Positions 29,044-39,885 of a stretch of 64,000 bases of DNA are shown here, in pieces. The stretch is from an uncultured Clostridia bacterium (GTDB lineage: Bacteria; Bacillota; Clostridia; TANB77; CAG-508), in assembly GCA_947629555.1 (NCBI GenBank), contig CANRED010000004.1:2925-66924 (forward strand), in the 5' to 3' direction. The position numbers and the translations under genes are program-made. Below the pieces are notes generated by a model. The model did not search any database, was not told where the DNA came from, and worked only from the letters and a program-made list of their open reading frames with translations. Position 1 is the stretch's first letter. Each line of letters opens with the position of its first letter.

Positions 29044-29186
29044 ATACGGTTATATATCATTTTTTTAATGAACGAATGTGGGGACCGACAAATTAGAGGC
29101 TATTGCAGAAATTACGAAAGTAAATTTCGGCATATAGCCTCTTATGCAGCCCCGGAGTGAATTAAAAAAATTATATATAACCGTAT
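29044..29186. ncRNA. Candidate structured RNA element (copy 1), with a conserved core enclosed by a long AT-rich outer helix
   Basis: It is homologous to 42805-42945. Both the outer helix and the internal helix (gaggctat/atagcctc here, ctggctgtag/ctacagccag in copy 2) differ in sequence but keep their pairing. A conserved hairpin gaaatttacgaaagtaaatttc is also present. Confidence 0.45.
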
Positions 29187-29225
29187 AAATGTAACTATAT
29201 AAATGTAACTGTATAAAAGTATATC

Positions 29226-30404
29226 TCATTCTTGCATAACCTCATCAATCACACTTGCTAAATATTTCATACTTCCTAAGCATTGCTCCATTGTATTAGC
29301 TGTTGCTCCTACTTCTATAATTAATGCTCCTTTAGATAAGTTTTGATTATATCTTGCTGTGCTTAAATTTATTGGCCTAAAAAGCCCCGGATATAACTCA
29401 TTTCCTTTTGCCTGTAGCTTTACTGCAAATTTTAAATTTTCTCTCCAATTAGGATGTTCTAACCCTCCTGCATCTGTTCCTACAACTATCATTAATTGAG
29501 CAACTACCTCATCATTTATTTTTACAGTAGGTCCATAATCACTTCCGCTTCCCACCGCATCTCTATGTAAATCTATAATTAACTGTGCAGTGCTATTAGT
29601 TAAAATATTTTTTACTGTTCTCATGGAATTGTCATAAGATCCAGAATATGAAGGATAATCATGTAAAGTTGTATCATGTATTACATTATATGCTCTATTT
29701 TTTAAATGATTTTCTAATTCTGTTCCAACTCTAGTTACATTATAGTTTAAATCTGTTGTTCTATAATTCCCTGTCATTTGATAATTAAAACCTTCGCTTG
29801 GTGTGTAGCTCTCACATGCATGAGTATGAAATATTATTATATTCTGTTTATCTTCTAAAGTAATATCTGGAACTAACATGTCTGCAGTTAATTCATAACC
29901 AGATTTATTCTTTATTTCTACACTTTCATAAGAATTTGTATAACTTGCCTTTATATTTTTTTCATCTATAACTTGTGTTACAATATTATCTGGAATTTCA
30001 CTATTTACTACATTATTTCCTTCATCATTCACAATATTATTATCTTCTACAGCTATATTATCTATATCATCTGTTTTATTTGCAACTATTCTATTTTTTG
30101 CATTTAATTGTGAATCTAGAATATTACCTACAAAAGAATTATTAAATATTGTATTTCCTGAACTATTTGAATTATTTAAATATCTTGCACTTGCAATTGT
30201 TGTATCAATACTTTTTAAAAATGAATTAGAGTATATTTGTTCTGTAACTTTTTGTACACTACTTTCTAGTGTCTCTCTTTTTTTTAATGTTATTTGTTTT
30301 ATCAATACTGCTATTATTACTATTATAATAACTGCAATCATGTATTTTAATATTCTTTTTCCATCTACAACTGTAACATTGAACATATATATCTCCTTAT
30401 ACAA
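29226..30404 (-). CDS. spoIIP: Stage II sporulation protein P
   Basis: An N-terminal TM segment is followed by the C-terminal IIFHTHACESYTPSEG...IIDLHRDAV...LIIEVG region typical of the SpoIIP family. Confidence 0.75.
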   Translation of the reverse strand: MYKEIYMFNVTVVDGKRILKYMIAVIIIVIIAVLIKQITLKKRETLESSVQKVTEQIYSNSFLKSIDTTIASARYLNNSNSSGNTIFNNSFVGNILDSQLNAKNRIVANKTDDIDNIAVEDNNIVNDEGNNVVNSEIPDNIVTQVIDEKNIKASYTNSYESVEIKNKSGYELTADMLVPDITLEDKQNIIIFHTHACESYTPSEGFNYQMTGNYRTTDLNYNVTRVGTELENHLKNRAYNVIHDTTLHDYPSYSGSYDNSMRTVKNILTNSTAQLIIDLHRDAVGSGSDYGPTVKINDEVVAQLMIVVGTDAGGLEHPNWRENLKFAVKLQAKGNELYPGLFRPINLSTARYNQNLSKGALIIEVGATANTMEQCLGSMKYLASVIDEVMQE

Positions 30405-30452
30405 AAAGTGTTTTACTATATATATATTCAGTTACATAATGTTTTATTCTTA

Positions 30453-32219
30453 TTATATTAATCTTTTTAGTTCATCTAGGTTTTGTTTATAAAATTCAAA
30501 TGCATCTTCATAAGGTTTTTTACTTTCCAAATCAACATCTACCATTTTTAATAAATCTACAGATTTTTTTGTGCACCCTTGTTTTAGCATATTTATATAT
30601 TTTTCTACAAATCCATTTTCATTAGATAGAATTTTTTTAGCAATAGCTATTGCAGCAGATATTCCTGTTGCATATTTATACACATAAAAACAGCTATAAA
30701 AATGTGGAATTCTTGCCCATTCATATTTTATTTCTTCGTCTACTATTACATTATCTCCAAAATATTTTTTATTTAATTCTAGATATATATCACATAATCT
30801 TTCGGATGTTAATTGTTCATCGTTTTCTATCTTTTCATGAACGATTTTTTCAAATTCAGCAAACATTGTTTGTCTTATTAAAGTTGCTCTTAATTTGTCT
30901 AATTCAGCATTTATTAATGCTGCTTTTTTATAATTATCTTTTTCGTTATTAATTAAATATTGTCCTAATATAATTTCATTTACAGTTGATGCGACCTCTG
31001 CTACCATTATAGTATAATTTGCATCTAATACGTTTTGGTTTGTATTTGAATAATATGAATGCATTGCATGACCTAATTCGTGTGCAATAGTGCTTATATC
31101 TTCTTCTTGATTTGTAAAATTTGTTAATACATAAGGATGTACACCATATACTCCTAAGCTATATGCTCCACCCATTTTATTTTTCTCTTCGAATACATCT
31201 ATCCAATTATTATTAAATGCTACTTTTAGCATATTTTGATATTCTTCACCCATTGGTTTTAGCGCGTCTAATACAACCTTTGTTGCATCAATGTATTCTA
31301 CATTTTCTTTTTTAGGTTTTAATTTATTGTAGTATATGTCATACATATGTAATTCACCTTTTCCTAATAGCTGTTTTTTGCATGCCATATACTCATGATT
31401 TATATTCATTTTTTCATTTACTACCTCAACCAAAGCATTGTATACATTTATTGTAGCATCATCATTTTTTACGGCATTTTCAAGAGAAGATGAATATTTT
31501 CTAAGTTTACTTTTTATTACACTTTCTTTTACTCTTGCAATATACATTTCTGTTATTGTATTTATATGTTTTTTATATAATGAATACATTGATTCAAATG
31601 CTTGTTTTCTTATGTTAGGATTACTATCTTGCATGTATTTAGTATAAGTAGCTTGCGTCAACTCTAACTCATTTCCATTATCATCTATTATCTTAGGAAA
31701 TTCAAATTCAGTATTTGTGAATATGTCATAAGAACTTTCACTTGCGCCAAATACTTCTGAAAAGGTAGCAAGTAGACTTTCTGCCTCTTCGCTTAATACA
31801 TGTTCTTTATTTTCTAATATGTCTTCTATTGATTTTTTATATCTTACTAAATTAGCATTCTTATTTAAATAGTCTTTTAATGTATTTTCATCAATCTTTG
31901 TTATTTCTGGCACTATAAAAGAGGTTGTTGTAGATATATCTGTTCCAACCTTTTCTGCCATTTTATACAATTCAGTATTTTTACTATCTGCCATATTTTG
32001 ATGGTATTTTAGCATGCAATATGAATAAAATTTTTCATATATTTCTAATATATTTTCATATATTTTATAGCACTCATATATATTATTAGAATCTTTGGCA
32101 AGAGTACCTTTATATTGTTCTATTTTATTTAATAAATTATAAATTTCATTTTTTGCTTTTTCTAAATCTTTTTCATTTTCATAGATATCTTTTAAATTCC
32201 ATTTATATTTGTTATCCAT
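30453..32219 (-). CDS. pepF: Oligoendopeptidase F (M3B family)
   Basis: HELGHAMHSYYS provides the HEXXH motif. The length (588 aa) and the N-terminus MDNKYKWNLKDIY fit PepF. Confidence 0.9.
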   Translation of the reverse strand: MDNKYKWNLKDIYENEKDLEKAKNEIYNLLNKIEQYKGTLAKDSNNIYECYKIYENILEIYEKFYSYCMLKYHQNMADSKNTELYKMAEKVGTDISTTTSFIVPEITKIDENTLKDYLNKNANLVRYKKSIEDILENKEHVLSEEAESLLATFSEVFGASESSYDIFTNTEFEFPKIIDDNGNELELTQATYTKYMQDSNPNIRKQAFESMYSLYKKHINTITEMYIARVKESVIKSKLRKYSSSLENAVKNDDATINVYNALVEVVNEKMNINHEYMACKKQLLGKGELHMYDIYYNKLKPKKENVEYIDATKVVLDALKPMGEEYQNMLKVAFNNNWIDVFEEKNKMGGAYSLGVYGVHPYVLTNFTNQEEDISTIAHELGHAMHSYYSNTNQNVLDANYTIMVAEVASTVNEIILGQYLINNEKDNYKKAALINAELDKLRATLIRQTMFAEFEKIVHEKIENDEQLTSERLCDIYLELNKKYFGDNVIVDEEIKYEWARIPHFYSCFYVYKYATGISAAIAIAKKILSNENGFVEKYINMLKQGCTKKSVDLLKMVDVDLESKKPYEDAFEFYKQNLDELKRLI

Positions 32220-32261
32220 ACAATCCTCCTATATAGGCAGACTTAGATGCCTGCCCCTTGT

Positions 32262-32305
32262 ATAACTATTCACTATTCATTCTTCACTATTAACTATTCA
32301 CTAAT
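32262..32305. repeat. Tandem heptamer array (ACTATTC)n in the pepF upstream region
   Basis: taactattcactattcattcttcactattaactattcactaat. Confidence 0.5.
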
Positions 32306-32325
32306 ATTTCTTGGGTAATGTCTTT

Positions 32326-32370
32326 GTAGAGCGGGTCGTCGAGACGCCGACCCCCTACAGTTTGCAATAT
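32326..32370 (+). repeat. GC hairpin / CCCTACA element
   Basis: gtagagcgggtcgtcgagacgccgaccccctacagtttgcaatat. Confidence 0.6.
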
Positions 32371-32431
32371 GTTTTTTCCATGTTGAAAATCTATTATAAA
32401 TCTTATCATAATAAACATATTTTATCAACCA

Positions 32432-33230
32432 TTATTTTCCAAATATTCTTAATATTTGAACTCCTACAGACTGCCATGCAGGCGCTGTATATCTATGTTT
32501 AACATTTTTATCTTCTACTGCTTTTATATATTTTTTTATTATTGAATTATATGGTTTCATTTCTATAAAATTCCACAACATTTCTTCGTTTTTCCTTATT
32601 TCGTTTTCTTGATTTGCAAAATATGATTTTTCCTGCATCCAAGTATATTTTTTCTCATTATTTTCTTTATTAAATCCAGTAGCATAAGCACCGTGGTTCT
32701 ATCATACCCACTTGTATATTTGCACCTTTTAATTTTTTCATTTCTTTTCTTAAACATGTTGCAAATCCTTCTATAGCAAATTTTGATGCACAGTATGGAG
32801 ATAAAAATGCAAATGGTATTCTTCCTACTAAAGAAGACATAAATATTATTCTTCCTTTTTTCTTTTCATTAATCATCTTTTTGAGTGCTACTTGAACTGT
32901 TTCTATATTACAAAATACATTTGTTTCAAATACTCTTCTTATTCTATCTACATCAATATCTGCAACAGAGCCAGAATCTCCAATAGCAGCATTGCAAATT
33001 AAAACATCAATATTATAATTTAAAAGTTTTTCTCTATCATCTTTATTTAATATATCTAACTTAAAAGACTCCAAGTCAATATTATTTGTTTTGGCTATTT
33101 CTACTAAATCTTGTATTTCATTTTCATATTGCACTGTTGCATATACTTTATGTCCTCTTTTTGCAAGTTCTATGGATGCTTGCTTTCCAAGTCCAGTACC
33201 TGCTCCTGTTATTAATATTGTCTTTTTCAT
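32432..33230 (-). pseudogene. Short-chain dehydrogenase/reductase (SDR) disrupted by a +1 frameshift near 32693
   Basis: The 186-aa ORF carries the NAD-binding TGAGTGLG and the SDR core and ends ...IQVGMIEPRCLCYWI. The 68-aa ORF in the other frame continues GAYATGFNKENNEKKYTWMQ. Removing the C from ccaCggt restores MIEPGAYATGF. Confidence 0.6.
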
Positions 33231-33450
33231 GTCATCACCTCTAGTTAGTATATATATTTTTTTGGTTTTGATACTTATAAAATATTGAAAAATTGCTTAT
33301 TTTATGATATATTATATATGCTAATCTTTAGCATATTCCATTGGCCTATGATACTAATGTAGAAAGGATGAGAAATATGGGATAGTTTACAGGCGTGATG
33401 AAGCTCTCCAAAAGTTAGACCTCTTTCTTCAGAAATTAACTGATGCGATT

Positions 33451-33681
33451 TTGTCAGGGAAATTGGATACTTATTTATATAAGGATTTTTCACTGATAAT
33501 GGAAATTATTGAACATGTAAAAACAATAATTTACCTAATTAACGCAGATAGCAGAATTGATTTTGTTGAATTTTATTCTGACTCAAGTGAGATAATCCCA
33601 GATAAAATTAATACAAACAAACTGCTTCATCAATATTTTCCTGGAGGGAAATTGTTTTGGAACTTATTCAACTCATTGTAA
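33451..33681 (+). CDS. N-terminally truncated paralog of 33808..34233 (hypothetical; TTG start in the ORF track, no in-frame ATG upstream)
   Basis: DEALQKLDLFLQKL...KDFSLIMEIIEHVK...YFPGGKLFWNLF aligns with EESLDRLETLMRMM...KDFSLEIVYTIESF...RFPGGFKFWREFYF. Confidence 0.35.
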   Translation: MSGKLDTYLYKDFSLIMEIIEHVKTIIYLINADSRIDFVEFYSDSSEIIPDKINTNKLLHQYFPGGKLFWNLFNSL

Positions 33682-33807
33682 ACAAAATAGCCGAAACATG
33701 TATGTGTTTTGGCTATTTTCTATATATTGAAAAAATTAGCAAAATGTGCTATAATATAATTACTTTCGGTGAAAACCGTAAATATATTTTGAAAGGATGA
33801 ACAAATT

Positions 33808-34233
33808 ATGGCAAAGACAGCAATTAGTATTGAGACATCTAGCTTTGAAAATATCAAAGCTAACTACTCCAGCCGTGAAACCGCATCTACTTCTTTCACT
33901 CTTACAAGAGAAGAAAGTTTGGACAGACTTGAGACCCTTATGCGGATGATGATTTCTATCTTTGATAAGATAAAATCTAACGATACGTTTGAGGCCTCAA
34001 ATGAAACGGAGAAAAAAATTTACAGTAATAAAGACTTCAGTTTAGAAATTGTCTATACTATAGAATCTTTTATTAAACTGTTACGCTTTTCTACTGTAGG
34101 GCAAATCATGTGGCACTTTGACTTTGATATGCCTCTTTACTCTGAGGATTATATCCTCCATCTTCGTTTTCCTGGCGGTTTTAAGTTCTGGCGTGAATTT
34201 TATTTTTCTCATCCAGAAGATAAAATTCAGTAA
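33808..34233 (+). CDS. Hypothetical protein (141 aa) with a C-terminal FPGG(F/K)(K/L)FW motif
   Basis: An RBS plus ATG is present, and a terminator hairpin cccccacatactatgtatgtggggg follows. It has a paralog immediately upstream. Confidence 0.5.
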   Translation: MAKTAISIETSSFENIKANYSSRETASTSFTLTREESLDRLETLMRMMISIFDKIKSNDTFEASNETEKKIYSNKDFSLEIVYTIESFIKLLRFSTVGQIMWHFDFDMPLYSEDYILHLRFPGGFKFWREFYFSHPEDKIQ

Positions 34234-34326
34234 CCTTTCCCCCCACATACTATGTATGTGGGGGCTTTCTTTTATATAATAGAAAAAGATGGACTTATGA
34301 AAAAGTCCATCTCTCTTAATTTTAGT

Positions 34327-34527
34327 TTATTCTAAACCATATTTTTTCTTAAATTTATCTACTATACCACCTGTTGTATTTTGTTTTAAGTTACCTGTCC
34401 AATATGGATGACATTTTGAACATATATCAACTTTTAAATCTGTTTTTGTAGAACCAACTTCTAACACGTTACCACATGCACATGTTATTGTTGTTTTGTT
34501 ATATTCTGGATGTAATCCTTCTTTCAT
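34327..34527 (-). CDS. rpmE: 50S ribosomal protein L31 (type A, Zn-ribbon)
   Basis: MKEGLHPEYNKTTITCACGN...CSKCHPYWTG is the L31 signature. I set the start at the ATG at 34525-34527. Confidence 0.9.
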   Translation of the reverse strand: MKEGLHPEYNKTTITCACGNVLEVGSTKTDLKVDICSKCHPYWTGNLKQNTTGGIVDKFKKKYGLE

Positions 34528-34597
34528 TGTGCAATTCACCTCTTCCTTTCATTATTAAAAAACGTCATTTATTATAATATCATATATTTTTTTATAT

Positions 34598-34771
34598 TTC
34601 AAGTATTATTTTCTATTTTTTCTCTTCATCAACAACTTTTACATAATCATCAACTGTGCTAATTATTTCATCTTCAAATGACACTTTTCTTACTATCTTA
34701 GATGTTATATTGAATAAACAAGCTATAATTGTTATTAGTAATGCAATTTTTTTCCAATATTTAGCTAACAT
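34598..34771 (-). CDS. Small (57 aa) N-terminally membrane-anchored hypothetical protein (below the ORF-track cutoff)
   Basis: I translated this by hand. It has an RBS GGAGAAAAATT-ATG and reads MLAKYWKKIALLITIIACLFNITSKIVRKVSFEDEIISTVDDYVKVVDEEKKIENNT. Confidence 0.3.
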
Positions 34772-34921
34772 AATTTTTCTCCTATCATTTATAAATATTT
34801 CTACATAATATAATTATACTATTTTTTATTAATTTGTCAATGTATTTTTATCGTATATACATATTTATGTAACTTTTGCCTATACTATTTTTAGTAATAT
34901 ATTGGAGGTTTGTAATTTTTT

Positions 34922-35512
34922 ATGAAAAAATTTAAAACATTATTCTTAATTTTATGTACTTGTCTATTTGTTTTATGTGGCTGTAGCAGTTCTGATAATC
35001 AAAATTCTTCTAATGCAGGAAAAACATCTTATTCTACCTCTGCCCCAAAAAAAGAAACAGAAATTTCTTCATTTACTACAGATATTTTAGATCAAACTCC
35101 TAATAGAGTAGATAATATCGCTTTAACCTGTAGCAAAATTAATGGTATTATTGTTAAACAAGGAGAAACTTTTTCATTTTGCAACACTGTGGGAAAAGTT
35201 AGTTCTGATACGGGATACAAAGAAGCTGATGTTTTAGATGCTGAAGGTAAGCCTTTTAAGGGCTATGGCGGTGGAAATTGTCAAGTTAGTAGTACTTTAT
35301 ATAATGCAGTTTTAGAAATTCAAAACCTTGAAATTGTTGAACGTCATGAACATAGTAAACGTGTTTATTATGTTGAAAAAGATAAAGATGCCGCAGTAGA
35401 TTCTAGTAGTAATTTAGATTTTAAATTTAAAAATAATTCTGAAAACGATATAAAAATTTATGCAAGTAATACAGATAAAGATATAACTATAAGGCTCATG
35501 AAATTAGAGTAA
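34922..35512 (+). CDS. VanW-family lipoprotein
   Basis: There is a lipoprotein signal with lipobox LCGC. The VanW core is GETFSFCNTVG...GYGGGNCQVSSTLYNA. Confidence 0.7.
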   Translation: MKKFKTLFLILCTCLFVLCGCSSSDNQNSSNAGKTSYSTSAPKKETEISSFTTDILDQTPNRVDNIALTCSKINGIIVKQGETFSFCNTVGKVSSDTGYKEADVLDAEGKPFKGYGGGNCQVSSTLYNAVLEIQNLEIVERHEHSKRVYYVEKDKDAAVDSSSNLDFKFKNNSENDIKIYASNTDKDITIRLMKLE

Positions 35513-35640
35513 ATTTTTACCCATATATAAATTTAGTAATCAAAATTTATTTCTTATATGCAAATATGCAAAATATAATACAAAAATTGAACATCCGCTT
35601 CTACTCGTTTTAACTGCCATTACCGGTATTATCGTAACAA

Positions 35641-35672
35641 TATACTTTAACGGGTTGATGTGGGCATCGACC
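35641..35672 (+). repeat. GC hairpin / CCCTACA element
   Basis: cgggttgatgtgggcatcgacccctacagac sits between convergent genes. Confidence 0.6.
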
Positions 35673-35738
35673 CCTACAGACTTTCACCGCGTTTAAGGAT
35701 GTGGCAAATTTTTGTATTATATTTTGCATTATGTTATA

Positions 35739-36956
35739 TTATCTAAGCAAATTAAACCATTTTTCAAATAAATGACTACTATTATTTAGAAATCCCATTT
35801 GTTTTATTTCTTTTTGCGCTATAATATTAATTTTTGCTAATTCTTGGTTGTCTAATTTAAAAACCACTTCTCCTATTACTTGCCCAGACTGTACAGGTGC
35901 AGAAATTTTGTCTGGTATATTTATTTCTTGTGTAATGCTTTTTTCTTGCCCTCTTTTTATCAATACACCCGCATCACTTTCAAATAGTACAGGAAGAGAA
36001 TCTTCCACACCCTTTTCTACTAATACTGTCTTTACAACATCTCCACTATTTCCAAGCTTTTTATAAGAATAATTGCTAAATCCATAATCTAATAGTTTTT
36101 TTGCTTCGTTAAATCTTATTTGACTTGTTGGTCCCTTCATTATTACCGCAATTAAACTTAAATCGTCTCGTGTTGCAGATGCTGATAGATTAAATAAAGC
36201 AATAGAAGTTGAGCCTGTTTTCAAGCCTGTTATTCCATCATAATTTCTTATTAATTTGTTTGTATTTACTAATTCAGATTGACCATCTCTTAAAGAATCC
36301 ATCCATATAGTTGTATAATTTGTTATTGTAGGATGTTTAGTTAATAGTTCTCTCGACATTAATGCAATATCATAGCTAGATGTTACATGCCCATCTTCGT
36401 CTATACCATGGCAATTTTTAAAGGTTGTATCATTCATTCCTAATTGCTTTGCCTTTTCATTCATTCTTACTACAAATTGTTCTTCAGTTCCTGCTAAATA
36501 TTCTGCCATTGCTACTGTACAGTCATTTGCAGATACTACACATATTGCTTTTAACATTTCATTAACAGTTAATTCTTCTCTTGTATCTAGCCAAATCTGT
36601 GAGCCACCCATTTTAGAAGCATTTTCACTACATGGAATTTTTGTTTCAAGTGTTATTTGACCACTATCTAATGCTTCCATAATTAATAACAAAGTCATTA
36701 CTTTTGTCACACTAGCAGGTCGTAACTGTTCATGCATATTGTGGTCATACAAAACCTTACCTGTACTCTGCTCTATTAATACCGCACTACCTGATTCTAA
36801 GTTTAAGAAATTTCCTGTTTCATTTGTATTTGCATTCGTTAGCATTGTTTCATCATAATTAGACCATATAAATTCTATTGCATACACATTTGTATAACCA
36901 ATTAATATTGAAAAAAATAAAAACACAGATAATATTTTCATTAATAATTTATTCAT
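35739..36956 (-). CDS. D-alanyl-D-alanine carboxypeptidase (peptidase S11, PBP5-type)
   Basis: A signal peptide is present. RPASVTKVMT gives the SxxK motif, and there is a C-terminal PBP5_C-like domain. Confidence 0.85.
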   Translation of the reverse strand: MNKLLMKILSVFLFFSILIGYTNVYAIEFIWSNYDETMLTNANTNETGNFLNLESGSAVLIEQSTGKVLYDHNMHEQLRPASVTKVMTLLLIMEALDSGQITLETKIPCSENASKMGGSQIWLDTREELTVNEMLKAICVVSANDCTVAMAEYLAGTEEQFVVRMNEKAKQLGMNDTTFKNCHGIDEDGHVTSSYDIALMSRELLTKHPTITNYTTIWMDSLRDGQSELVNTNKLIRNYDGITGLKTGSTSIALFNLSASATRDDLSLIAVIMKGPTSQIRFNEAKKLLDYGFSNYSYKKLGNSGDVVKTVLVEKGVEDSLPVLFESDAGVLIKRGQEKSITQEINIPDKISAPVQSGQVIGEVVFKLDNQELAKINIIAQKEIKQMGFLNNSSHLFEKWFNLLR

Positions 36957-37062
36957 CTATAACCTCCGTTTTTTACTTAGTTTTAAATTATTAAATATTA
37001 TTCGTGTTTTTATTTTTTATTACAAAATTCCTTTTCCATTCATTTCATTAATTTATAAAAAA

Positions 37063-39103
37063 TTATATATTTATTTTTAATTTTGTATCAACTATTCTTT
37101 TTAACTTTTTATTTTCTTTCTTTTCTAATTTTTCATCATCTAATAAAATGCTTTCTGCAAGGCTTTGAGCTTCTTTTAGTATTGGCATATCCTCAAATAA
37201 GTTAGCAATTTTAAATTCCGGTATACCATGTTGTTTGGTTCCAAAAAATTCTCCAGATCCTCTTAATTCCAAATCCTTTTCAGATATAACAAATCCATCA
37301 TTTGTTTTTGTCATTACTTTCATACGCTCTCTTACTACTTCTGAATTTCCTTGATATTTTAATATACAATATGATTGATATTCTCCTCTTCCTACTCTAC
37401 CTCTTAACTGATGTAATTGTGCAAGTCCAAACCTTTCTGCATTTTCTATTATCATTATGCTTGCATTAGGTACGTTTACACCAACCTCAATTACAGTTGT
37501 AGAAATTAATATATCAATATTTCCATTTTTGAATTCATTCATTATTTCGTCTTTCTCTTTTGGTCTTAGTTTTCCATGTATATACTCTACTCTATAGTCT
37601 TTAAATACTTCATTTTTATATTTTTCAGATAATTCCATTACAGACTTTGCATTTATTTCTTCATTTTCTTCAACTAAAGGGCAAACAATATATGCTTGTC
37701 TTCCTTCATCTATCTGCTTTTTTACAAAATTATTTACTCTATCTGACATTTGTTTTGTTACTGCAAATGTATCAATCTTTTTTCTGTTTGGTGGTAATTC
37801 ATCTATTATAGATATATCCAAATCTCCATATAGTATTAATGCTAATGTTCTAGGTATAGGTGTAGCAGTCATAACTAAAGTATCTGGATTATTGCCCTTT
37901 TCTGATAAAGTTTTTCTCTGTCTTACACCAAACCTGTGTTGTTCATCTGTTACCACTAATCCTAAATTTTTATAAACTACATTTTCTTCTAACAAGGCAT
38001 GTGTTCCAATTAAAATATCAATTTCTCCCAATTTTAATTTTTCTAATATTTCTTCTTTTTTCTTTTTAGTAATACCACTTACCAACAATTCACATTTTAT
38101 ACCTTCGTTTTTCAATATTGAATTAAAACTCTCTAAGTGTTGCTTTGCAAGTATCGCTGTTGGAGCCATTATTGTTGCTTGATATCCACATTTTACTGCT
38201 TTATATGCACAAATCAGAGCCACAATAGTTTTACCAGAGCCCACGTCACCTTGAAGTAATCTATTCATTGCCTTATTTGATTCCATATCTGAGTTGATTT
38301 CTTTTAAAACTTTTTTTTGCGCATTAGTTAATTCAAATGGTAATTTTTTTATCAAATCAGCCATTTTAACCTCTTTTGAAAATTCAACTCCATCATTACT
38401 TGTTGCATACTTGTTTTTTAAATTTAATAAAGTTAATTGCATTGTAAACAATTCTTCAAATACTAGTCTTTTTCGTGCTAAATTATAATCTTCAAAAGAT
38501 TTTGGAAAATGTATGCTTTGTATTGCTTTATTTATATCATATAAATTGTATTTTTCTATAATGTAGTCTGGTAAAACCTCTTCTAATTCATTTTCTACTT
38601 GTTTTAAACCATTATAAATTATTTGTCTAATTACATTTTGAGATAATTCATAAGTTAATGGATATATTGGTATAATTTTCCCTGTATTTTTGCTAATTCC
38701 GTTCTTCATCAAATACAGGAGCATTCATTTCAATTTTTCCTATAGTTCTATTTACCTTGCCATAGAACATATATGAATTACCTAATTTAAATCTTGTTTT
38801 TAAATAAGATTGATTATACCAAGTTATTTGGCAAGTTCCTGTATCATCTCTTACTATTAATTTATATAAAGTAAGGCCTTTTCTAATTCGTATTTCTGCC
38901 ATTTTAGATACGCATATAGCATTTATTAATACAGTTTCTCCATTTACTAACTCAGTAATTTTTTTGGGCTTACTTCTGTCTTCATGTTGTCTTGGGAAAT
39001 ACATAAGCAAATCTTTTAAAGTGTATATTCCAAGTTTATTTAAAAGTTTTACACGATTTGGTCCTACACCCTTTACAAATTTTACGTCATCTGTTAACTC
39101 CAC
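37063..39103 (-). pseudogene. recG: ATP-dependent DNA helicase RecG split by a +1 frameshift near 38706 (the 136-aa wedge-domain ORF plus the 553-aa helicase ORF)
   Basis: The N-terminal ORF VKGVGPNRVKLLNKLGIYTLKDLLMYFPRQHED is the RecG wedge region. The second ORF carries GDVGSGKTIVAL and VVTDEQHRFGV. Removing the C from gaaCgga joins them as ...NAPVFDEEGISKNTGKIIPIYPL. Confidence 0.7.
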
Positions 39104-39114
39104 TTTTCCTCCTT

Positions 39115-39714
39115 TTAATTTATGTATAAACTATTTTGCACTATATATTTTTCTATTTCTTTTGAAATTAAATTAGAAACATCTTCACCATTTTTTATTT
39201 TTTCTCTTGCTACGCTAGAACTAATTTGTTGGTATTTATTATTATGAATTACAGTATAATTATCTGAATGTCCTTTTATAAGACTATTTTCTTCAAGTAT
39301 TGATTTAAAATCATCCTCTTTTCGCTCTATTATTATATATTTATAGCTTGTTACTAATTTAATATAATCTTTCCAACTCGTTATCTTTTCTAAATTGTCT
39401 GATCCCATTATGTAATAAATATCATCATTTGCATATTGTTTTTTTATAATTTCAAATATATCTATTGCATATACCTTTGTTAATTGATTATCTTCTATAT
39501 TTGATACTTCTAATTTTTCATTTAAATCACACATTATTTTTAACATATTGTATCTATGCTTAAATGCAATTAAATCTTGTTTTTTATAGAAATCTCCGAT
39601 TGGTACAAATATCAATTTATCTAATTTACATTCGTGAATTATCTGTTTAGCTAAATTTATATGTGCATTAGTTGGAGGATTAAAACTACCTCCAAAAAAA
39701 CCTATTTTACTCAT
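39115..39714 (-). CDS. nadD: Nicotinate-nucleotide adenylyltransferase
   Basis: GFFGGSFNPPTNAHINLA gives the (H/T)xxH nucleotidyltransferase motif. Confidence 0.85.
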   Translation of the reverse strand: MSKIGFFGGSFNPPTNAHINLAKQIIHECKLDKLIFVPIGDFYKKQDLIAFKHRYNMLKIMCDLNEKLEVSNIEDNQLTKVYAIDIFEIIKKQYANDDIYYIMGSDNLEKITSWKDYIKLVTSYKYIIIERKEDDFKSILEENSLIKGHSDNYTVIHNNKYQQISSSVAREKIKNGEDVSNLISKEIEKYIVQNSLYIN

Positions 39715-39885
39715 TACTTCTCCTACATAAAAAATATATATTATAATATCATAATTTTTTAATTTTGTACAAGAAAAAATGTATTATTTACCACACTTTC
39801 TTTTGCTATTTTTCTTGACTACAAGCAAAATATAGGATATTATATATTATTATCGATATACTAATTAAAAGGAGAATTTTATTTT

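Noticed and set aside
29044-29186. The paired 140-nt elements as MITEs with terminal inverted repeats.
   Set aside because: The inverted arms differ between the two copies while the internal core is conserved, which is the opposite of MITE behaviour. Structure-preserving covariation favours an RNA element. This stays open until more copies are found.
34291-34316. The hairpins containing AAGTCCAT at 34291-34316 and 48503-48528 as another repeat family.
   Set aside because: There are only two copies, with short AT-rich stems. They are most simply ordinary intrinsic terminators that happen to be similar.
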